A stretch of DNA of 64,000 nucleotides from Camelus ferus (taxonomy: Eukaryota). Under the pieces are notes generated by a model. That model was not told the origin of the DNA and ran no database searches. It was given only the letters and a program-made list of their open reading frames with translations. Made by a program: the position numbers and the translations under genes. Where the stretch lies: the NCBI RefSeq assembly GCF_009834535.1, contig NC_045696.1:2234001-2298000 (forward strand). Direction: 5' to 3'. Shown here piece after piece: positions 1 to 12,954 of the stretch; the stretch's first letter is position 1; each line of letters opens with the position of its first letter.

Positions 1-840
1 GAGCTCAGCACCCCGAGCCAGCTGTACGAGAAATGCTAAAGGAAGAATAAATAAAATAAACGTTAAAGGAACTTCTCCGAGCGAGAAAGAAAAGGCCACA
101 ACTAGAAACGTGAACATCATGAGAGGAGAAAGCTCACCGTGAAGGCGAACGCACAGCCAAGGCAGCGAAGGAACCACGCCCAAAGCGAGTGGGACAATTA
201 AAGGACAAAGGAGGAAGGCCATCAGCCGCAGGCTGGGCAGCACGGGGCGCGCGACGATCAGACGTAAAACCGGACCCCAAACACAGCGGACGCGGCGGGA
301 GGCGAGTGAAAGGCAGGGTCGTCCAAATGCATTTGAAATTAAGAGACAAGCGACTTAAAATTATCACGTATACACACATGCATACGTGCGTATACAGACA
401 GACACACATCACAGCAACCACAAACCAAAAATCCACGGTTGGTACACACACAAAAGGGAAAGAAATCCAAACGTAACACTAGACACAGTCATCAAAGCAC
501 AAGGGAAGAGGACGGAAGAAGACAGGACTGAAAAAGAAGGACCAAAAACACCTGAAAACAACGAACAGAGTGGCCGTAAGTTCGCACCTGCCAACGACGC
601 TTCAAGTGCACATGGGCGAAATGCCCCGCTCACAGCGGCTGGATGGTCCCAGAAACAAGCCCGTCTGTACGCTGCCTCTGTGTCCACAGTGGGATCCTCC
701 TCAGCCATGAAAAGAATGGGGTTTCGCCAGTTGATACCACACGGAGGACCTGGAGGGTGTCACGCTAAGGGAAGTAAGTCAGACACAGAGAGACAAAGGC
801 TGCATGACTTCCCTTACACGTGGAATTAAAACGCAAAACA
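1..840 (+). mobile_element. Old, degenerate LINE-1 fragments (approximate limits)
   Basis: A-rich L1-like text, e.g. CTCAGCCATGAAAAGAATG...GGACCTGGAGGGTGTCACGCTAAGGGAAGTAAGTCAGACACAGAGAGACAAA typical of the L1 3' region. Confidence 0.65.
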
Positions 841-879
841 GGCGAGCGGGGGTGAGGGCCCCTGGCTGGGCTGATACAC

Positions 880-1528
880 TGTAACGGACCCCAGCCGCTT
901 GCGACCTTTAGGAAGAACAAACGTGCTTTGCTGGCAGGCGTCCGTGCGTCGCACTCCTGTCTCCTTGCTGTGAAAAGCAGACACGATGCCTTGCTTGCAC
1001 AGCTGAGGTTCCAGCTTGGGGCTGCTTCCGTAATGGACGCGCCATTGTGTGTCCCTTGTTACAAACGCAGGACGTGGCTTGTTTTAAGCTTAGGTCCACA
1101 GCCCAGGGTTTACTCTGCTCGTTGCAAAGCGACAGCCCGTGCCCTCAGCCTGAAACGCCGGGCGTGCTTTCTGCTGTTTAGATGGCCTACCCCCCAGGAC
1201 AGGAGCTGGCGGGCTGGTGGTCTGTTTTGTAGTCAGCTTCTTATATCTGAAGAATGTACCTTGTTCCTCTGCCCCCGTGACTGCCCTGAGGGCGAATTAA
1301 GCCTTTGCACTCGTGGAATTTACGATCTCTACCCGCCCCTGCTTTTCCGTAAGCTCCTGTGTTCCATGACACAACTGTTTGTGGTCTTTTCTTTGCGCAC
1401 AATAAATATGAGAGTGTTTGAGAGGCTTGGGGGGTTGGCCTCCAACTCCCTCTCGCTCTCCTGACTTTCCACAGAGTCTCGAGTCATTCATTCCGTCACG
1501 GTGGGACTTCTGCCAGACGGAACCCACA
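880..1528 (+). mobile_element. Solo ERV LTR inserted in L1
   Basis: Starts TGTAAC, ends CA, AATAAA at 1401-1406; L1 3' sequence resumes on the right. Confidence 0.6.
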
Positions 1529-1539
1529 AACAACCCGCA

Positions 1540-2680
1540 GAAAACAAACCCGCAGAGAACAAACAGGTGGTTGCCAGAGGGGAAGGAGGGAGGAGGAGAG
1601 AACTAGGTGAGGGAGATTAAGAGGGACAAACTTCCAGTTGCAAAATAAATGAGTTGTGAGGATGAAATGTACAGCCTGGGGAATACAGTCAATTACTGTG
1701 CGACATCTTTGCGTGGTGACACCTCATAACTAGACTTATCCTGGTGAGTGTTTTGAAATGTAGAGAAATATGGAACGACTGTGTTGTGTAACAGGAATTA
1801 ACACAGTGTTGCAGGTCAATTATACTTCAAAAAGAAATTCATAGAAAAAGAGACCAGATTTGTGGTTACCAGAGCAGGGGTGGGCAGAGGGGGAATTAGA
1901 TGAAGGTGGCCAAAAGGTACAAACGTCCAGATATAAGGCAGGGAAGTGCGGGGGGGAATGTCCCACGTGAGAAGTGTAATTAACACCACTGCGTGTTACA
2001 TATGAGAGCTGCCGAGAGAAAACCCTGAGTTCTCACCAGAAGGGGACATTATCTTCCCGTTTCTCTAATTTTGTCCCTATGGGAGCTGATGGGTGGTCAC
2101 TGAACCTACTGTGGCAATCACTTCATGGTGCATGCAGGTGAGATCGTGGGGCTGTCCCCCTCAAACGCACACATACATACACACTGTGTGTCAGTTGTAT
2201 CTCAGTGAAGCTGGAGGGGAAAAACTTGTGCTCCTGCGTTCACAGCAGCACCTTTCACTGCAGCAAAAGGTAGAAACAACTCAAATGTCCACCGGCAGAT
2301 GATGGATAAACAGTGCGGTCCATCCACACGGCGGAATAGACTCAGGCAGGAAGAGAGAGGAGCGCAGACCCGCAGGGCGGCGCACACGAGCCTCGAGAAC
2401 ATTCTGCTCAGTGAGGGGAGGACGTCAGACACAAGAGGCCACGCACTGTGCGTGCCCATTGATAAGAAATACCCAGAAAACAGCAGACAGAGATTAGTGG
2501 GTGTCGGGGGAGGAGGCTGGGGTGGGGAGTGGCTGGTCGTGGGTACAAATTCCGTTCGGGTGGTGGAAATGTTCTGGAACTACACAGAGATGATTGCACA
2601 ACACGGTGAAGGTGCTAAACGTCACTCATGGTAAAGTTAATGTGTGTGTGTTTCACCACAACAAAAATCATCCTGAAAAA
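1540..2680 (+). mobile_element. Cluster of L1M-type 3' end fragments
   Basis: GTGGTTGCCAGAGGGGAAGG...AAACTTCCAGTTGCAAAATAAATGAG...GTCAATTATACTTCAAAAA and similar L1 3' UTR motifs. Confidence 0.65.
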
Positions 2681-2859
2681 TAACAGACAAGAGTAAACGA
2701 CAAGGTTCAGGGAAGCACACCTGGGTATGGCCCTGTTTAAACACTCGGGCAGCGATAACGATGAAATGAAACGCGCGCCTCGAGGCAGGAGGAGAAAAGT
2801 CGCGAAGCGTGGCTCTCCTGCGTCTGCTCCCCCACCCCCACCGCGTGCGCCCACACCAC

Positions 2860-3245
2860 ACATTAACCAGCCCTCCTCAAAGGTGGGCGCCTGCTGGACC
2901 GCGGAGAACAGTGTGTCTTCCCTCCTCTGACGCTGGCAAGGGACCTTCTCCGGAGAGCAGCAGCACTCTCCCCCAGCTCTGCAGGGGTCCCGGTGACCTG
3001 GGCTCGCCCTGTGCCTGCTCCCCTGGACCCTGGACCCTTGGGGAACTTCATGTAAAACACCAGTATGTCATCTCGACGTCCGATCCTTTGTCTTGAAAAT
3101 GTGTGTGACCGTGCCTTCGACCTCCAAGCAGCAGAGCGACTCTCTGAGCTTCTGAGAACCTGTCCCGGGTTAAAATCCAAAGTCTGGCTTGAAGAGAATC
3201 CCCTTTACTCTTCTTAACTTGACGGTTCATTGAATTTTCGTGGAC
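2860..3245 (+). mobile_element. ERV LTR fragment, same family as the 27170-27665 element
   Basis: Shared blocks GAACTTYATGTAAAA...TATGTCATCT...GTGCCTTCGAC...CTTCTTAACTTGA...GAATTTTC. Confidence 0.65.
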
Positions 3246-6200
3246 CCCTGGAAGCCAGGATGGTTGCTACCTGTGTGATTGGGAGGGGCACAAGGGGGCC
3301 CCTGGGGGGCCGGACGATGCCACTGCCTGACCCAGGGGGCTCCCCTCATGATCACCTGCTTTCACGTGGTTTTCTGCCTCTGGTTCATAGGACTGAAGAC
3401 TTGAGCACACTCCGATGGCTCTGAATGTGGCATAGGGCAGCTTGCTGTCCCCCACCTGCCACCCCTCACCCGATTCCCACCCCCGTCGGCTTCCCCAAGG
3501 ACCTGCCCATCTGCTGGCATCTCTAAGTGGCTGTGTGACCCACGAGGCACAGCCAGCTGGCACCCCTGAGCCCGCAAATGCTGGTGGAAACGGAGGAGGC
3601 GGGCCCTCTGGCGGTGCCTGTGGGCAGAGCCAGCAGGAAGCTGGCTGGCGAGGAAACCGGGGGTCCTGCCCAACGTTGCCCACCTGCGGGCGCGCACATC
3701 CTTCAAGGAAGGCGCCCTCCGACCTGCCCCAGCACGGCCGGGAGGCCGGGGACACGGCTGCGCAGGGCACCCAGCCCTCGCTCCCACCCAAGTTCTGCAG
3801 GGTCTGGTGGCGTCCGGGCTCAGAATCGGGTGTCTGGACGCCCCCTTAGAAACATCCTCTACACACCCCAAAACCAGCAGTGGCTCCTTAAACCAGCAAG
3901 GTCCTCACACTTCCCCTAATGCTCCGGCCAAGGCCGCGTTTCTCTAGTCTGTTTACTGGGATAACAAACACGGTCTTCAGATGGAGACCAGTTAGTGTCT
4001 TGATTCTGTTTCTGTAGGTCACCCCCACTGCCAACGTCTTCTTTTCTTACAAAGTTTCTGTTGAGAAACTGGCTTGCTGTCCTGTGGAGCTTCCCCTAGA
4101 CTGCAGGACGCGTTTCTGTAACGGCATTGGCTCTGCAGGCTCACAGGCAGTGGGGGGTCTCCCACAGAGGCATGGATGGCTGGTTCTCCTTTCCTGGGAC
4201 GTCACCCGCAACTGTTCCCGTCACCTGCATCCCTTAATTCATGAGCGGCTGCCCGATGGTGCCTGATTCTACCCTCCCTTCTTTGCCTATCTTTTCTCTA
4301 AGGAGAAGCTCGCCCTCACCATCGCTCAACGGCCCTTGGGCGGAAGGGAGGTCTGGGAGGTCTGGACTGGTCCCCAGCTTCTCCAAAGCCCACAGACGTG
4401 CTTCTGCACAGCAGCACCCTGAGAGCTTACGTCTGACCTTTTCTCCGCAGAAGCACCTGGCAGGTGCTTCTCCACTACCTCCCACCGAGGGCCACCAAGA
4501 GCCAGGCCACCAGCCACCAAGCACCCTAAGAGGAGACGGACGCTGCTGCTACACTGGGGGTCAGGGTTTCCACGCTGGGCTTGACCCGCAAATTAGCATG
4601 ACCTGGGTGCAGTGCGACAGAAGTGGTGGCTGGGGTGGAGGGCAGGGTGGGCAGGGCTGGCAGGCTGAGCCGTCCCACCTCTTCCTCCTCCTTCCTAGCG
4701 TGGCTTTGACACAAAGAGAATTTCTGGCGCCATTGCATCTCATGCTCTCTCTGCTCTGGGACCTTTGGAGTGTGGGGAGACCCGCCCCTCCTGCTGCCCA
4801 ATGCACATAAACACCGACCAGTGTTTGGAAATAAAATGCTGAGCTTTGCAGAGATGAAAACATGGCTCCCGTGGGATCAGGTGGGAGCAGGTCCCCGGCC
4901 AAGTCCTCCCGCCGGTCCTGCCTAACCTCCCTCCTCCTGGGAGCCGCGCAGTCACTTAGACCAGAACCCCTGTCTCAGGCTCTGCTTCCCAGAGCCACCC
5001 CATTAATGACCCTCCCCGACCCACTGCAGGCAAACTTTGGGTCCACACCCACCCTGGGCTGTGTGTGCTTTTAGCCCAAGTTCACACAGAAAACAGGAGC
5101 CTTTCACGGCACTGAGAAACCTGGGCACCGGCGCCAGCCAACTCGCCTCCTGCCCACGCAGCCACAGGGGCCCATCCTGGCCCAATGCCGCTGTCCAGCA
5201 GGAGGCATCAGTTCACCGCCTCCTTCCAGAACCTTCCGGACTCCCACGAGGTCACTGCTCTGAGGGAGGTGAGGACGTTGCTCTCATCTGGAGAGAAAAG
5301 TGTGCGTTTCACCGTGACTTGCTAGAAAGGAATTCTCTCAAAAGAAAAAACAGCAACAAAATAATACAACCTCACCAGGCCTCTCAGGGGCCTCCAGCCA
5401 TGAAGACAAAGTGCTCACCCTGCGAACAGTGACAGACACAGCCGCCTGTGCAGGGAGGGGAGCCGTCGAGGCAGAAAACCCACGTGAGGCCTGGCCTGAA
5501 GGGCGTCGGGAGAGCCAGGGCAGCCCGGCCGCACTCAGCCATCAATGCACTGTGGCTTGAGAGCAACCGCTCCCTATGTCACCACATTTCTCCACTCCAT
5601 CCAGGGTTCTTACCCTAAGAAAACAGAGACAGGCTTCCTGCTCGGGAAGCCCAGGGGAGATGGGGCAAGTGTTCTGCACGTCAACTGCCCACCGCCTCCA
5701 TCACTACGCTGTGGTCCCTCGTGTCCTACGGGGGGATGTGAAGTGTGATGCAGGCACCAGGGTGTGGCATCCTCCTCTGACCAACGGGTGGGTCCAGGCG
5801 GGTGGCCCAGCCCGTCCAGAGGGCGCCGCAGGACTTGGGCTGCGAACACGCAACGCTCCGAGGGCAGGTGATCAAGGGCACGGGAGCCCCAGGGTCAGAC
5901 ACTCAGTCAGGGGACACCAGCCAGTCAGGGCTGAGGAGGAAAAGGGATCCAGGATTCCCCGGCAAGGTCGTGGCCCCCTCTCCTATTTAAGTCAGTTTGA
6001 GTCTGGGCTCTGCAGTTAAAGCACCCCAAAACAAAATGACCCCATTTTTGAAATTCAAGCACATCTTCAATTCTTATCACTGCAGAATGTACTTGGTTAT
6101 CAAAAGGACAGACAGGCTGTGATGCCAAAAGCCCAAGGCCTGGCCGCCTCCAGCCTGGCAGCAGCCGAGGCCACTCCTCCTGGGAGGGGGGCCTGGAGAC

Positions 6201-7984
6201 AGGCGCGGGCTTGGACGGGGTTCCTGGTGAATCTGCCAAGGGATGGGGCCGTGAGAAAGTCAGAGCAGGCTGGGCTGACCTGGGGGCCCGCTTCCCCGGG
6301 AACCACGCTGTGGACAGAAGTGTATCACAGCCACGTGCCCGGCGGGCAGAGAGCCGTGCTCTGCCGGCGGAGGTCTGCAGCGAAGCGAGGGTTTGTTCGG
6401 GGCACCAAGCTCAGGAGTGGGGACGGACCTCAGGTCCGCCCCGCCCTGGGCTCTGGGCTGCGGGGGAGGCTGTGCGGGGAGGATCGCAGAAGCTGGGCTG
6501 AATCACCGTCCTGTGACCTTTCTGTGACGTTTCTTAATCTCAGTTTCTGGGAGTCAGGACATCTCTGATTCACAACTCTCAGACCTGGTGGGCCGCGGCT
6601 CGGGGTCAGTGAGCTCCTCTTGCCCTGGAGAGGTGACCTGAGTTTGCGTGTTAAGACGGCATCTTAACAGCAGTTCGAGTGCGTGAAGGAATTCTCAGAG
6701 CAGCAGCCTCAGGCACCCGACTCTGGGCGACTAGCTGAGTGCAGGCTGCGGTCCCAGGGGACCAGAAAAGGGGCACAGGTCAGGACAGAGAGAAGAGTCA
6801 TAAACTCGGTGAGGGAGCTGGGGGAGTCAGGTTCAGAAGAGGGGGCCTGGCCTGGAAGGTAGGGAGCCTGCTCCGGGCGGTGGCCGAGGACAGGGGGCTG
6901 CGGGGCTCGGCCTCTCCGTGTGCAGGTGGCCCGGAGCCTTTGGGTGATAGTGGGACATTCTGCTCTCAGCTGCCAGGATGGGCACTGACCAGACAGCCCC
7001 CAACCCCTTCCCCGGGGGGACACCCCCAGGGCAAGGCCCAGGACACTCGAGCACCATGAAGCGAATGGGGTGCCCGAGGAAGCCCTCGACACTCCAGGGA
7101 TTCAGGAACATCGGGGCGGGGGTGACCGAGGGGCTCAGGGAGCAGGACCGTCCCTGCCACAGGCCGGGCCAAGGAGCTCAGACTCAGAACCGGGATCAGG
7201 GCTGTTCCACCAGCCCCGGCAGTGGCCTGGCCCCCTGACGGGAAGGAGGGACCCACTCCCAGGGCAGCTGGCTTGAGTCAGAGATGGGAAAGGATCCAGC
7301 CCAAGAGGCCCCGCATTATGGAGAGGGCAGGACGCGCTGTGCACCTGCCCACGGTGCTGGCCCTCAGGGTGACGTGGGCCCACGCCAGCGGACAGGGCTG
7401 CCAGCCACCGTGGCGCCAAGCGGCAGGCAGGCCCCACACCACTTGTCCTGAGTCGTCACCAGCTTCCCCTGCTCCCTGCCAGGCCCAGGCGCCTTGGGGG
7501 CCTCAGGCAGGGCAGACCCAGGGGGCAGGGGGAGGGCAGGGGGAGGATCAACAGGGAGGCGCTGACTGTGAGGTGGGGGCAGCTGGGCCGTGGGCCCAGG
7601 TGGGCTGGCGGGGAGACCGGGAGCACCTACCCCATCCCGCCCTCATCCCCCGGAACTCGGGTCGGGAAATCTGCAGCACAGCCGGGCCAGGTGAGCTCGG
7701 GCTCCTTTCTGGCTTAGTGGACCCTCAGCCCCCCAACATTCCAGGGCTTTCTATTCCTTTCACTCTCTGGCAAAACTCCCAGGGCAAGGAATTTTCCAGG
7801 GGCTGGAGAGGGAAAGAGCCCCTCAGCCTTCTGGCTCTGGGTCAAGCTCTGCAGGCAAGACCCAGGAGAGAGAGGGACCGGAACGGACACAGGGCCTGTG
7901 GCGGGTGGGTTCTCAGGTGGCCCCAGGAGGCCCACCCCCGGGGGTGCACACCCTGCGGGATCCCCTGTCCCAGTGTGGGTGGGC

Positions 7985-8270
7985 CTGGCCTAATCAGAAG
8001 TCAGAGGGATTCGAAGTGTGAGAATTTCTCCTGCTGGCTTCAAGCACGTGGCAGGAGCTGCAGGCAGCGTCTCAGAGCTCGGAGCCACTCCGCTGACAGC
8101 TACAAAGGAAATGGCCTCAAACTTAGGTGCGAAGAACTGAATTCTGCCAACGAGCAGTGAGCCAGGAGGGGGACCCGAGCGTCCCATGTGACGGCAGCCC
8201 TGCGACACCTGATCTCAGCCTGTGAGACCCTGAGCCAGGGCCCTGCCACCCACGCCCTGACCTACAGAGC
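7985..8270. mobile_element. MaLR (MLT1-type) LTR fragment
   Basis: GAACTGAATTCTGCCAAC...CACCTGATCTCAGCCTGTGAGACCCTGAGC motif typical of MLT1. Confidence 0.6.
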
Positions 8271-11200
8271 CTCTGCTTCCAGCCCCCAAGTTTGCAGTGA
8301 ACTGTGACGCAGCACAGGTATCTTGTGCAGGTCTGAGTAAACATGCAGGAGGGAAGGAGCGAGGGGAAGGGGGCAGGAAACAAGGTGGGGTGGCTGCAGA
8401 GAGGCCCACAGGACCCCGAAGGTGTGGGGTCCAGCGAGGCAGCACGGCCCCCACAGATACCGAATGTCATAACTGGAAATTACACAGCTCAGATTCCAAG
8501 TCAGACGGAGAGGAAACGGTGACTGGGGTGCCAGAGGGGTGCAGGCCCCCACGTGTGGCCCGGCCCGGGGTGGGCAGGGGCAGGTGCTTCCCTGGGGCCA
8601 CCGGAACCTCCTGGAGTGCAGGGCACGGGCAATGCCCCCCTCCCATCCTCTGACTGCAGCAGCTGTTGCAACTCGCTGGCAGATCCTAAACCAGGTTGAA
8701 CTGCCCCCTGGGACGTGGCCAGAGGTGAGGCTGGTTCCCAGCATCCTTCCCCCGGGACCCCACGCTCCTAGGTGTCCAGACACGTGGTGCTGCCTCAGGA
8801 GCAGGCCGAGGTCCCTGCATCAGGGACTTCCGCGGAGCCTCCCGAGATCGCTGGCCCCACCCCGTGTACAGAGGACACTGAGGCCCAGAGCAGGCAGGGA
8901 CTCTCCTGAGGAGGGACCAGGACCCAGGGCTTGGCCAGGACGCCATGCGGTCTGCCCCCACCGCAGGCAGAAGAGCAGAGACGCCTGAGCACGAGGGTCC
9001 TCACCCAGCACCCCGCCCCCAAACCCGGGCTCCCTGACCAGCCCTGGAGGCTACGCCTGCTTCCCCTTTGCCTTGTCCTCAAGTGCTCCATCGTTCCACC
9101 CCCACCCGAGATATCTAGAGGCTTCTATAAGGAGGGCAGGGCCGAAGGCCTGGGGCTGGAGTTCCCACAGATTTTTCCAGGCCTGTTTGCAAAGCATGTG
9201 CGGTCACCAGCTCCCCGTGGGCACGCAGGCACCCAGCCCAGCAGTGCCGGCCCAGAGGGCCCTGAGGCAGCTCAGCTGGGGCCGGGATCTCATCACCTAA
9301 GGACAGGTACACAGGTCCTTTCTGGGGTCCCATTTATCCAGCAGTTGGAAGTGGAGCTTGGAGGCCCCAGGACAAGGATGGAGCACAGCGGCCTCCCCAA
9401 GCAGACCCTGCAGGCGGGGCCCTGGGGCCCTGGGACTCCTTGGGAAGGACCCCCACCTGGGCCTCACCTGCAGACCGGGCGCCTGACAACTGAGCTGCTC
9501 TGAGGACCCCAGCGCCCGTATCCAGCCTGGATCTCAAGGATGAGGGGGCTGCTGGGCTGCACTGGCCGGGCCAGGTGAATATTCATGTAGCACCCCCCCG
9601 CAGACTCGGGTCACCTGCTTGGGCACAGGGACCAGTGCAAACCGGGAGAGCCAGTCCCCAAGAGGCACCTTCGAGGCTCCACTTGAGGAAAAGCACAAGA
9701 CGGGGCTTCGGCACTGGGGCAGCTGGGGCAGCTGGGGCAGCTGGGACAGCACCCAGACCTGCTGGGGGACAGGAGGTGCCCACTCAAGGGCCGGGGGCGC
9801 CTCCCAGAGGCAGATGGTGGGACTGCGCCTGCTCCCTGTGGTGGGTGCCAGACCTGAGGGACAAGGGAGTGGGGGGGCAAGGGGGGGCAACACCCCAGGA
9901 GGCAGGGCTGGAGAGGAGGGTGGGGCTGCCCTCCTTGGACCTCCACCTGCCCCTCACCCACGGCAAGGCTGAAGGGCGCGGTGCGAACGGGGCAAGTCCT
10001 TGGAGGATGCCATCATGGGGATGACAGTCAGGGAAAAGGCATTCCGGGGGGTGACACCCCTGGGGGCTGGGTGACTCTGCAGACAGAACTTCCCTGGTTC
10101 TTCCTCAGTCACCTCGTCTCTAAGGTGAAGGAGCGGTGGGGGGAGAGAAGACAGCGGGTGACAGACGGTAGGTAGGAGGTAAAAGAGGGAGGGCAGGTAC
10201 AGGGACGTAAGTGACTAACAGGTAGGCAGGCAGGACAGATGGACGGAGGAAGAGGGACAGACCTGTCTGCACACACACACCCCTAAACCGCCAGCGCTGC
10301 AGACACAGGCGTGCACAGCCAAGTCAGAGGGCACACGTCTGGCTGATGGAAGCAAACCGGCTCGAAGCAAACCGGCTCAAAGCAAAGCCGCAGCTTAGTA
10401 AGGGATGGTGCCAGGTAAAGCCCCAGCGCGTTCGGAGACTGGGCCTGGGCCCGGGGCCGGGGAGGGGTCTCAAACCTCACAGGAACAGCTGCTGGCGGAG
10501 GGAAACAGATAAGGCACCACCTGATACGCTTCCTTCCAGCCAAACCCGGTGTGGGATGTAAATTCGCCCAACTGACAAGACAGGGGCCCCACTGCAGGGT
10601 CAGCCGGGAAGCTCACTGGGAGATGGCAGGTGAGGACCTGGAGGCCTCAGATGGGATGGGGGCCACTGCCATGGCTGGGGCTGGATCACACCTGGCCTTC
10701 CCTTCCTCCTGCTGGGAGCACAGCACAGGAGGGGCCTCTCCTTTATCCGCTGCCACCACAGTCCAGGCCCCAACACGGCCGGCCTGGAGTCAGCACCCCC
10801 GCCCCCTACCTTGTGCCAGGCCCTAGTGACCACATGGCTGTTTGTAAGGCAGGAGGTAAAAGGTCAGATCCACCCCAGGCAGTGGCAGAAGGCGTCCCAA
10901 TCAGGGGCTGCTGAGGGGGCTGTCCCCAGACCCACCCTCCATCCCACCACTGGAGGGACGGGTCCCAAACTGCCCTGGCTGGCCCCTCCCCTGCAGGAAG
11001 GTCTGGTGCACACGGCCCCTCCTCGCCTCCCCCCACCACCCCTGAACGAGAGCCCTCCCCGTCGGCCTTTAGACTCAGGCCGGAGCTGCTCCCGCTTTGA
11101 TTAGGGCATCCGTAGCTACCCGGCTCCGACTGGCCCCAGCTGCAACGGGGAGCTTTGGAGCCACAGGGGTTTGATGAGCAAACACGGAACACTGGGCTGA

Positions 11201-12484
11201 CCTAAGCGTTTTGAGAGCTTAAGGCTGTTGTTCTGGACCTTTCTCCGCAAGACAGGCTGAGGAGGACGCGGTTTAACCCACGCGACCCACGGCGGAGAGC
11301 CCGGAACCCCTGGTCACCTCTGGTTATCAGGCTCCGGTCTGTCCACGTGACACACAGGGGTGGGGCTCCCCAGCCCCGGTAGTTAACCAGCTCCAGGGCT
11401 CCTGCTTACCCTCCTGGGAAGAGGACCTTTAGCAGAGCTGACGACGACTGGGAAGCAATAAAACACACTTGCTACCAGCTCTTAAAGCACATCAGACAGT
11501 GATACTTGCTCTAGACCCCAGCTGCTCCAGGAACCTGTAAATGAACATGTGAGCCTGGTGACCAGTAACCACGGTGGGGGTCCCTGCTGGTCCGAAAGCC
11601 TCACGTGGGTTTCTTCCCCAAAGTAAAGGAGGCCCTGAGCACCGGGCTTCTTTGGGGTAAACGAAAATGTCCTAAAATGGACTTGGGTGAGGGACACACA
11701 ACCCAACGGATACACAAAGCACCACTGGCTCATACACTTCAAATGGGCGGACTGACTGGTGTACAAAGTACACTCAATCAAGTTGTTAAAAACAAATGAA
11801 GGGACCCCAGCAGACCCTCATCCACACCGGCTGCTCTGGAGCCGGGCAGGGCCACACCCTCAAAGGAGCCAGCGCTGTCCGGGGAGGGCTGGTGCCTGCA
11901 GGCTGCTGGGCTTTGGCAGCAGGCTGAGTGCCAGCCTCCCCAGGCTCACCCACACACGGTGCAGGTGTGGCCGGGCCAGCAGACCGAGACGGCGCCCACC
12001 TGTCGCCAGCATAGCCCTGCCCCGCGGCCCAGCCCTGCCCGGAGGCCACCTGGAGCCCGCCTGCCACTGCATCCACTTGTACTTTCCTTCAGATTGGGAT
12101 CCTCGGGCCAGGAACTGAAACTGAATTTAAAGGAGCTGAGGGGAGGCGTGCAGGGCCTGGCAGGCACACGCCCGAGGGACGTCAGATCCTGCTCTGCCTC
12201 TGAGCCACAAGTGACAAGAGATGGACAGGGAGCTGCGCCTCCCGCTCAAGCAACGGGGCTGGCACAAAGCACCGGTTCACCGTTGACTCCCAACAAGAGC
12301 GTGTGAAGCGCTCGTCCAGACACCACTGGTAACACGCGCCACCGTCTTACAGAGCTTGAGGAACGTGCAGGCACATTTGGGTATAAAACGTGAACACCGC
12401 TGGCACCCGTCAGCTCACACCGCTGGAGAGCTTCCGCACAAACGCAGCAGAGGCAGGACTCGGTCTGCGCGACCCTCGGAGCAC

Positions 12485-12490
12485 TTTATT
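12485..12490 (-). terminator. RRP1 polyadenylation signal AATAAA
   Basis: Plus-strand TTTATT about 265 nt past the RRP1 stop. Confidence 0.75.
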
Positions 12491-12754
12491 TGCGGACGCC
12501 CAGCGAGCTGCGTCTCCTGCTGAGGGCGGCGTCGGCGGGGGTCCCCCGGCCTGACCTGGGTCAGCACAGCAGCAGCTCTTCCTGGGTCACGGGCGCTAAG
12601 TGTGGGCCCGACCACCATCAGCTCTGACCTCGGCCGCTGCGGACACAGTAGCAGCCGGTGTCGGAGTCTCCGGAACTCGGTCCGACTGTCCTGCCTCCTC
12701 CTCCCTGGTGGGCCTGGCGACACCACTTTTTGCCCTCCGGGGTCTGCTTCCTCT

Positions 12755-12954
12755 TCACCTTTGGCTCCTGGTAACTGGCCACCTTCGTGCTGGCCCTGCC
12801 AGCGGCCGCCGCCCCCTCTTGCGGGCCCCTCTCCCTCGCCGGCCCCCAGGCTGCTCCTGGGACACGGTGGGGTCAGCCCCTGTGCTCCGCCGCCGCCTTC
12901 TCCTCGCGGGTCCGGGGCTCGGGTCTGGACACGAGGCCTCCCCCGCACCTCTCC
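12755..12954 (-). CDS. RRP1: RRP1 terminal exon 13, coding part (basic R-rich tail)
   Basis: GRGAGEASCPDPSPGPARRRRRRSTGADP...RGRGARKRGRRPL...; CAG acceptor; TGA at 12757-12755. Stop position uncertain because of a probable frameshift (see findings). Confidence 0.8.

Noticed and set aside
7222..8160. 312-aa plus-strand ORF
   Set aside because: Non-ATG start, low-complexity P/G/R/A composition, no recognisable domain, and it runs into an MLT1 relic. Long stop-free frames are expected in GC-rich DNA.
9712..10385. Short tandem repeats (GCAGCTGGG)n near 9719 and GAAGCAAACCGGCTC x2 near 10349, as CRISPR-like or functional arrays
   Set aside because: Two to three adjacent copies without spacers in a mammalian genome; ordinary slippage repeats.
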